Assembly (NCBI GenBank): GCA_965200925.1
Contig: OZ241738.1
Location: forward strand, 491,891-555,890
DNA: 64,000 nucleotides
Origin: Alphaproteobacteria bacterium
Lineage (GTDB): Bacteria; Pseudomonadota; Alphaproteobacteria; UBA828
Direction of reading: 5' to 3'
The notes under the pieces were generated by a model. The model saw only the letters and a list, made by a program, of their open reading frames with translations, had not been told where the DNA came from and searched no databases. Shown here in pieces: positions 57,728 through 64,000 of the stretch. The translations under genes and the position numbers were made by a program. The stretch's first letter is position 1. Each line of letters opens with the position of its first letter.

Positions 57728-58486
57728 TTGCCCTCCAGTACCGACACAAAGCCGCCGGCTTCGGCGCGGAGTGACCGCGCCCGCCGGCGCGCCACCCTGT
57801 TCGCGATCCCCGGCGTGCTGATCCTGCTCGCGCTCGGCTCCTGGCAGGTCCACCGCCTGATGTGGAAGACCGAGCTCAACGAGGAGCGCCGCGCCCGCCA
57901 CCAGGCGGAGGCGGTGCTGCTCCCGGCGGTGCTCGAAGAGCCGGCTTCCTTCGCCTTCCGCCGCGTCTGGCTGGAGGGGCGCTTTCGCCACGAGGCGGAG
58001 ATGTTTCTCGCCGCACGCACCCACGACCGCCGGGTCGGCTACCACGTGATCACGCCGTTCGAACGGGAAGGCGGCGCGCCCGTCCTGGTGAATCGCGGCT
58101 GGGTGCCGCTCGACAACAAGATGCCGGAAACGCGGCGGGCGGGGCAGATCGAGGGGCGCATCCGCTTCGAAGGCGTCGTGGTGCCCGGCGGGCGCGCCGG
58201 CTGGTTCACGCCGGACAACGCGCCCGAGGAAAACCTCTGGTTCTGGGCGGACACGGAATCGCTGGCGGCGAAGGCGGGCATCCCCGCGCCCGGGTTTCTG
58301 GTCGAGGCCGGCCCTGCGCCCAACCCCGGCGGCCTCCCCATCGGCGGGCAGACGAAGGTCGAACTGCGCAGCGAGCATCTGCAATACATCGTCATCTGGT
58401 ACGCCCTCGCGGTGGCCCTCGCGGTCATCTACCTCCTCTACATGCGCCGCGGCCGCCGCGACGATTCCGGAGAGGCCGGAGCGTGA
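57728..58486 (+). CDS. SURF1 cytochrome oxidase biogenesis protein
   Basis: LALGSWQVHRLMWKTELNEE...HDRRVGYHVITPFEREGGAPVLVNRGWVP. Confidence 0.85.
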   Translation: MPSSTDTKPPASARSDRARRRATLFAIPGVLILLALGSWQVHRLMWKTELNEERRARHQAEAVLLPAVLEEPASFAFRRVWLEGRFRHEAEMFLAARTHDRRVGYHVITPFEREGGAPVLVNRGWVPLDNKMPETRRAGQIEGRIRFEGVVVPGGRAGWFTPDNAPEENLWFWADTESLAAKAGIPAPGFLVEAGPAPNPGGLPIGGQTKVELRSEHLQYIVIWYALAVALAVIYLLYMRRGRRDDSGEAGA

Positions 58487-59970
58487 GCGCCTACGGCGCG
58501 CTGGAGGCCCGGTTCGCGCGCCTCGGCAACCTGGCCGGCGCGGCCGCGATCCTGCATTGGGACTGGGCCGTGACGATGCCGCCCGGCGGCGCCCAGGTGC
58601 GCGCGGCCCAGCTCGCCGAGCTCGAGCTGCTCCGCCACGAAGCGTTGACCGACTCCCGCCTGGGCGACCTGCTGGACGAAGCGGCGGCGGAGGAGGGCGT
58701 CCTCGACCCGTGGCGCCGGGCCAATCTCGCCGCCATGCGCAGGCGGCGGCGCCTCGCGGCAGCCCTGCCCGCCGATCTGGTCAAGGCGTTGAGCGAGGCC
58801 GCTTCGCGCTGCGAAATGGTCTGGCGTGCGGCACGCCCGGCGAACGACTACGCGGGGTTCGCGGCGGCCTTCGCGCCGCTGCTCGGGCTGGTCCGCGACA
58901 AGGCGGCGGCGCTCGCCGACGCCCTGGATTGCGCCCCCTACGACGCGCTGGTCGATCACTATGACGCCGGGATGCGCTGCGCGATCATCGATCCGTTGTT
59001 CGCCGATCTCGCGTGCTTCCTGCCGGATTTCCTCGGCTGCGTCCGCGAGCGCCAGGCGCGCGCGGTGCCGCCGGCCCCGCCTCTCCGCGCGCCCGAGCCG
59101 GCGCAGAAGGCGCTGGCCCGGCGCCTGATGGCGGCGCTCGGTTTCGATTTCGACCACGGGCGCCTCGACGCCAGCTTCCATCCCTTCTGCGGCGGCGTGA
59201 GCGGGGACATCCGGGTCACTGCGCGCTACGACGAGGCGGACATCCTGTCCGGTCTGATGGCGGTCCTGCACGAGACGGGCCACGCCCTCTACGAGGCGGG
59301 CCTGCCGGCGGAATGGCGGCTCCAGCCCGTGGGCGAGGCCGCCGGCATGGCGCTCCACGAGAGCCAGTCGCTGCTGGTCGAGATGCAGGCCTGCCGCAGC
59401 CTGTCGTTCATGCGCTTCCTGGCGCCGCTTCTGCGTGATCTTCCTGGCGGCGACGGCGGCGCGGCGACGGCGGAGGCGCTTTACCGCCGGGCGGTCCACG
59501 TCGAGCCGGGCTTCATCCGGGTGGAGGCCGACGAGGTGACCTACCCGGCGCACGTCATGCTCCGCTACCGGCTGGAGAAGGCCTTGGTCGCGAGCGATCT
59601 CGCCGTGGGCGATCTCCCCGGCGCCTGGGCCGACGCGCTCGACTCCCTGCTCGGCTTGCGCCCGCCCGATCACGCCCGCGGCTGCCTGCAAGACATCCAC
59701 TGGGCGGCCGGCGAGTTCGGCTACTTCCCGAGCTACACCCTGGGCGCGCTGATGGCGGCGCAGTTCTTCGCCGCCGCCGCCCGCGCCGTGCCCGATCTCT
59801 GGCCGGCGCTCGGGCGCGGCGATTTTGCCCCCCTTCTCGGCTGGTTGCGGGCCAACGTCCACCGCTTCGCCTCCCGCCACCCCGCCGCCGGGATCGTCGA
59901 ACGGGCGACCGGCGCTCCCCTCGCCACGACGGCCTTCAAGACCCACCTGCACCGCCGCTACCTCGCCTGA
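58483..59970 (+). CDS. Carboxypeptidase Taq (M32) metallopeptidase
   Basis: HETGHALYE (HExxH), DIRVTARYDE, GCLQDIHWAAGEFGYFPSYTLG. Confidence 0.85.
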   Translation: MSAYGALEARFARLGNLAGAAAILHWDWAVTMPPGGAQVRAAQLAELELLRHEALTDSRLGDLLDEAAAEEGVLDPWRRANLAAMRRRRRLAAALPADLVKALSEAASRCEMVWRAARPANDYAGFAAAFAPLLGLVRDKAAALADALDCAPYDALVDHYDAGMRCAIIDPLFADLACFLPDFLGCVRERQARAVPPAPPLRAPEPAQKALARRLMAALGFDFDHGRLDASFHPFCGGVSGDIRVTARYDEADILSGLMAVLHETGHALYEAGLPAEWRLQPVGEAAGMALHESQSLLVEMQACRSLSFMRFLAPLLRDLPGGDGGAATAEALYRRAVHVEPGFIRVEADEVTYPAHVMLRYRLEKALVASDLAVGDLPGAWADALDSLLGLRPPDHARGCLQDIHWAAGEFGYFPSYTLGALMAAQFFAAAARAVPDLWPALGRGDFAPLLGWLRANVHRFASRHPAAGIVERATGAPLATTAFKTHLHRRYLA

Positions 59971-60024
59971 TTTCGGGTTCGCGGGCTGGAGGCCGTGCAT
60001 CCGAAATCACGAACAGGGGAGCGG

Positions 60025-63000
60025 TTACGCCGCCAGGGTGTGTTCGATGATTCGGCGGAGGCAGGTGGGATCGTGCAGGAAGTAGACTCCGCGCTTCTCC
60101 CATTCGCGCTGCGGGCGCGACTCGTCGCCGATGTTCTGGGGTGCCGTGACGGAGAGGACGTAGGCATGCAGGCGGAGCGCCGGGTCGGCTTCCCGCACCC
60201 GCGCCTCGGTCTCCTTGATCTCGGCGTGCAGCCGCACCTTGCGCCGTTCCTTCGGGCCGTAGCGGCCCAAGCCCTTCGGGTCGAGGAAGACGACGTGCTG
60301 ATCCGCCTCGTCCTTCAACCAGACGATGAAATCCGGGTAGTAGGCGAAGTCGTCGAAGAACGACAAGCCCCGGCCCCGCGTCATGTTGCGGATCAGGTAG
60401 AGTTCCCGCCCCCGCAGGCAGGGGGCGTCCGTCTTCGCCAGCCCGGCCAGCGCCTCGACGACCTTGCGCTCGCTGTCGTCCAGGGGGACGGGCTGGACGG
60501 AGATTTCGCCCTTCCCGGCGGCGGCGTAGAGGAGCGGCCTGTAGGCGTGGGTGTCGGCCATGACGGCGCCGACGTTCATCAGACGACAGACGCTGCCGTC
60601 GCGCAGGAGGGCCGCGAATCCACGGACATCCTCGACCAGCGTTTTCTTCGCCGCGTCCACGGAGAGCCGGTATTCCCGGATGTTGTTGGGGTCGGCCTCG
60701 CCCAGCGTCGTCACGTCGATGTTGGCGTGCTCCCACCGCCGGCGGCGCTTGCGCCAGAACCGGTCGGCGTACTCGGCGATCAGGTCGACGGCCAGCGCCT
60801 CCAATGCGCGCAGGTCCTCGACGCGCCTGACAGCCAGCCGCTCCGGCGGCGCGCGGAGGGTGTACCACCCGTCGTCGTCCAGCAGCCGGTCCACCGTCTC
60901 GCGCTCGATGGCCAGATTGTTCCAGCCCATCCGCCGCTTGCGCGCCAGCAGCCTGTCGTGGATGCGCGCCCGGTCGAAGAAGGCGACGTGGCGGCGGTCG
61001 AGCCTGACCTGCGCCTTCCCCGTTCCAGGCGCGGCGTCGGGAGCGCCGGCCTGGGCGGTTTGCAGCCGCGAGTACAGATCCATTTCCACGACCGGCGGTG
61101 CGTCCGGCTCAGGGGGCGGCAGGGTGGGGCGGTCGTCCGAGCGGTCGTAGGCCGTGCCCTCTTCGAGGCGCAGGATTTTCAGGTCCTTCCTGGCGAAGTT
61201 CCAGGTGACGGGCAGGGTGATGGTTTCCCGCTCCGCGCCGATGCCCTCTTCCCGCAACAACTCGCGGAAGGTCTGCATGTAGGCGGCGCGCAGACCGAAG
61301 ATGCGGAGAGTCTCCAGTTCCGCCAGAAGGCCGCCGTCGGCGGGCGGTTCGGCGCCGCTCTCGCGGTGGCGCTTCAGGCTCATGTTCCAGCCCTTCAGCC
61401 GCACGCCGCGGCCGAACATCTGGACGATCTCGGGCCCCTCGCCGACGCCGACATGCATCAGCCCCATGGTGCTCACCCGCCAGGAATTCCAGCCGGCGAT
61501 GAAGCGCCGCGCGCCGACGACGAGGTTCACGGTCGACTCCGCCCGGTCCACGTTGGCGAAGAGCCGCTCGGCGAAGCCGGCTTCCCGCTCGACCGCGAGA
61601 TCGGGGTTGGCCGCCTCGACGAGCAGCCGGTGGAGCGCCGCCGAGTCGCCCACATTGACCACGCCGAACGGCGGGTTATCCGCGCTGCGCAGATGCAGTT
61701 CGCCTTCGCCGGCGGTGAGATAGACGACATGCAGCCGCCCCTTCCCGTGGAACAAGGTTTGGCAGACGTCGTCATAGATCGTGCCGGCCCCTTCGCCTTC
61801 CAGCCCGCCGAAGCGGCCGGTGAAGTAGTCGCGGCCGGAATCGTCGGTCAGCCCTGCTTCCCCGGTGAGCAGGCGGGCGATCATCGGGCGCACCGCCTCG
61901 CCATGGGCCAGCACCCAGGCGAGGAAGTCGAGGATGCGGAGGACGTCCGACCGGGTTTCCCTGTCCGCACGAGAGTTGCCGGTGACCGTCTTGCCCAGGA
62001 AGACCCAGAGCGGCCTGGCTACGTTGAAGGCCTGCCATCCGGCGTGCCCGTCGCGCCAGATGCGGCACTGCCGGTAGAAGCTCAGGAGGCAGCCGAGCAG
62101 GTACATGCGGCTGTTCGCGTCCTCCGCCCCGCCCGGCAGGTTGGAGATGGCGTAGTCCTTGCCGTAGCCGTCCGCATGGAAGGCGCGGTAGGGGTAGTCG
62201 AACAGCAGGCATTTGCCGTAGGCGTCGCGCAGGCTCTCGTCTTTCGCGGTGATCTGGTTGAAGGTCGCCGAATATTCGAAGGTGAAGCCGCCGCGGGAGA
62301 GCGCCGCGCGCCGTTCGCGCCAAGCCTTGCCCGAGGCGCCCAGATGGCCTTCGTCCACCAGCACCAGGTTGTCGCCGCCGAAATCGCTCACGGCGACGCG
62401 CTTGATTCCCTTCCTCTCCGCCAGCTTGTTGATGTCGACGATTTCGATGGGCGCCAGCAGGTCGGCGCCGGCCGCGCTGGAGAAGAGGCGCGCGTGCAGG
62501 CCGCTTTCGTCCAATTCGCGTTCGTGCTGCGCCGACAGCTGTTCGTTCGGCGTCACCAGTACGACGTTGACGGGTCGCTTGCCGGCGCGCGCCCGGTAAT
62601 GGCGATATTGCAGGATGTGGGCGTGCATCAGCAGCGTCTTGCCGGAGCCGGTGGCGCTCTGGAAGGCCAGGGTGCGCAGGTCGTCCGTCTCGTAGCCCGG
62701 CATCCACCGGGTGAGGGGGTCGTGGAGCCGGGCGCGGTTCAGGTCCGCCCGCAGCGTCTCCGGGTCGTCGAACCAGCGGCGCAGGTAGTGTTCGGTGAAC
62801 AGCAGGGCGAGCCATTGGTGGGGTTTCCAGGTTCGCCCGTGTTCGCCGGTCATGCGCAGGCGGCGGCTGTGCGCGGCGATGTTGGCGTCGTATTCGACCA
62901 TGTGCTCCCGTGCGACCGTGGCCCGTTGCGGGTCCAGGTAGAGCGCCCGCGCGTATTCGCTTTCGCCGCCGGGCCCGATGTCGGCGGGGATGCCGCGCAG

Positions 63001-63117
63001 CCGGTCGAGCATTTCGTTCATGCCCTTGTGGTAGCCGAATTCGCGGCAGGCGAAGCGATGCAGGACGAGGCGGTTGCCGAGGGGAGCGGCCTTCGGCTTG
63101 CGGGTGCGCGGCGGCAT
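60025..63117 (-). CDS. SF2 helicase fused to a C-terminal PD-(D/E)xK-like nuclease domain (Type III restriction Res-like / helicase-nuclease defence protein), solitary
   Basis: Motif I AFQSATGSGKTLLM. Motif II LVLVDEGHLG. Motif VI QMFGRGVRLKG. C-terminal YYPDFIVWL...VVFLDPKG fits a PD-(D/E)xK signature. 1030 aa. No adjacent Mod-like gene. Confidence 0.6.
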   Translation of the reverse strand: MPPRTRKPKAAPLGNRLVLHRFACREFGYHKGMNEMLDRLRGIPADIGPGGESEYARALYLDPQRATVAREHMVEYDANIAAHSRRLRMTGEHGRTWKPHQWLALLFTEHYLRRWFDDPETLRADLNRARLHDPLTRWMPGYETDDLRTLAFQSATGSGKTLLMHAHILQYRHYRARAGKRPVNVVLVTPNEQLSAQHERELDESGLHARLFSSAAGADLLAPIEIVDINKLAERKGIKRVAVSDFGGDNLVLVDEGHLGASGKAWRERRAALSRGGFTFEYSATFNQITAKDESLRDAYGKCLLFDYPYRAFHADGYGKDYAISNLPGGAEDANSRMYLLGCLLSFYRQCRIWRDGHAGWQAFNVARPLWVFLGKTVTGNSRADRETRSDVLRILDFLAWVLAHGEAVRPMIARLLTGEAGLTDDSGRDYFTGRFGGLEGEGAGTIYDDVCQTLFHGKGRLHVVYLTAGEGELHLRSADNPPFGVVNVGDSAALHRLLVEAANPDLAVEREAGFAERLFANVDRAESTVNLVVGARRFIAGWNSWRVSTMGLMHVGVGEGPEIVQMFGRGVRLKGWNMSLKRHRESGAEPPADGGLLAELETLRIFGLRAAYMQTFRELLREEGIGAERETITLPVTWNFARKDLKILRLEEGTAYDRSDDRPTLPPPEPDAPPVVEMDLYSRLQTAQAGAPDAAPGTGKAQVRLDRRHVAFFDRARIHDRLLARKRRMGWNNLAIERETVDRLLDDDGWYTLRAPPERLAVRRVEDLRALEALAVDLIAEYADRFWRKRRRRWEHANIDVTTLGEADPNNIREYRLSVDAAKKTLVEDVRGFAALLRDGSVCRLMNVGAVMADTHAYRPLLYAAAGKGEISVQPVPLDDSERKVVEALAGLAKTDAPCLRGRELYLIRNMTRGRGLSFFDDFAYYPDFIVWLKDEADQHVVFLDPKGLGRYGPKERRKVRLHAEIKETEARVREADPALRLHAYVLSVTAPQNIGDESRPQREWEKRGVYFLHDPTCLRRIIEHTLAA

Positions 63118-63418
63118 GGTTTTCAGGATACCCTATGGAGGCGGGCCGGAAAGCGCCCGCGCGCCGCCGGGATTGCCTGCGCCGGGTGGACATCGCACGT
63201 TCCTGGAAGCGCGACCAAGCGGAAGGACGGGCCATGGTGAAGCGCTCCGGCTCCCAGGCATCCGGAGAGGGTGCCGGCGCGGTGGCCGTTCGGAGGGAGA
63301 TCGTGGAAGATCACATGTCCGGCCAGCCGGGGTTTCTTCCGGGTATCCCCATGTCGGTTGCCCCGGTGGGAAGGATGCGCGATAGTGCTCCGACGGGGTT
63401 GCCGGAGGCGAGAGGGGC

Positions 63419-63817
63419 ATGGGAGTCATGCACGTCACCGTCACCATCCGCAATCCGGCCGAGCCCGCCCGCGCCTGGGAGGGGCCGTTCCTGGTCGATA
63501 CCGGCGCGATCGATTCCCTTGTGCCGCGGCCGCACCTGGAAGCCGTCGGGCTGAAGCTCAAGGGGCGGCGAGTGTATGAAACCGCCGACGGCCGTGAAGT
63601 CGAAATGGACGTCACGACCGGAGACATCGAGGTCATGAGGGAGATCACGGCGGGGCTCATCATCGTCGGAGACGCCGATGCCGAGCCGCTGCTCGGCGTG
63701 ACGGCCCTGGAGTCGGTGGGAATCGAAGTCGATCCGCAGAATCAGCGGTTGAAGAAATTGCCTGCCGTGCGGCTCAAAGGGGTTGCGTGCCGTTTCGATA
63801 GGCCATCACGTCGATGA
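63419..63817 (+). CDS. Retropepsin-like (clan AA) aspartic protease family protein
   Basis: FLVDTGAIDSLVP is the DTG active-site motif; 132 aa. Confidence 0.55.
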   Translation: MGVMHVTVTIRNPAEPARAWEGPFLVDTGAIDSLVPRPHLEAVGLKLKGRRVYETADGREVEMDVTTGDIEVMREITAGLIIVGDADAEPLLGVTALESVGIEVDPQNQRLKKLPAVRLKGVACRFDRPSRR

Positions 63818-63910
63818 TCATTCGAGAGATATTTCAAGCGCATAGGCTCCGGTAAGGGCTCGTATCCATAACGTTGCGAAAACGTTGGATGGGCAGCGGA
63901 ACGATGTCGA

Positions 63911-64000
63911 TTATCGTTCATCGTTCGAATCCTCGAACATCAGCTCGCGGAATACCGGTTCGATGGTCACGGCGATCCAGCCCTCGCCGGGCTGGCACAA
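63911..64000 (-). CDS. 3' end of an unknown CDS continuing beyond the window
   Basis: Open frame from the window edge: ...LCQPGEGWIAVTIEPVFRELMFEDSNDER, stop at 63911-63913. Confidence 0.2.
   Translation of the reverse strand: MCQPGEGWIAVTIEPVFRELMFEDSNDER

Overview
High-GC (~68-70%) alphaproteobacterial-like chromosomal window. The left flank holds glycan-modification genes: a multidomain kinase-like/SAM-MTase/GT2 protein, and a lower-GC GT2 gene interrupted by a C12 homopolymer. A ~26.4 kb genomic island (about 3898-30279) is bounded by 67-bp perfect direct repeats. It carries a complete type 1 BREX operon, brxA-brxB-brxC-pglX-pglZ-brxL (5481-26081), all on the + strand with overlapping or abutting start/stop codons. 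Several accessory modules are nested inside that operon. Two tandem, diverged ABC-ATPase + small TOPRIM/DUF4276-like gene pairs sit between brxC and pglX, with a 117-bp duplication of the pglX 5' end left as an insertion scar. A PHP-domain/SbcC-RecF-like ABC-ATPase fusion and an AlbA_2/Schlafen-like ATP-binding protein sit between pglX and pglZ. pglX itself contains a 21-bp in-frame tandem repeat (~9 copies) and a ~575-bp in-frame low-GC segment. The right end of the island is a degraded mobility/TA region: hicB with a decayed hicA, an integrase C-terminal fragment, an Ig-repeat protein fragment, a frameshifted NTase, a vapC fragment and an AT-rich block. The right flank is housekeeping (kdsB, pheA, nudC, ffs SRP RNA, dnaX-ybaB-recR, truA-fmt-def, rmuC, tldD, coxB-coxA-ctaB-ctaG-coxC-SURF1). 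It also holds a lower-GC HEPN-like gene, an orphan beta-class DNA MTase-HNH fusion and a solitary SF2 helicase-PD-(D/E)xK nuclease (Type III Res-like) gene. Many long antisense ORFs in the track are high-GC artefacts. The track uses ATG/GTG/TTG starts and includes the stop codon in its coordinates.
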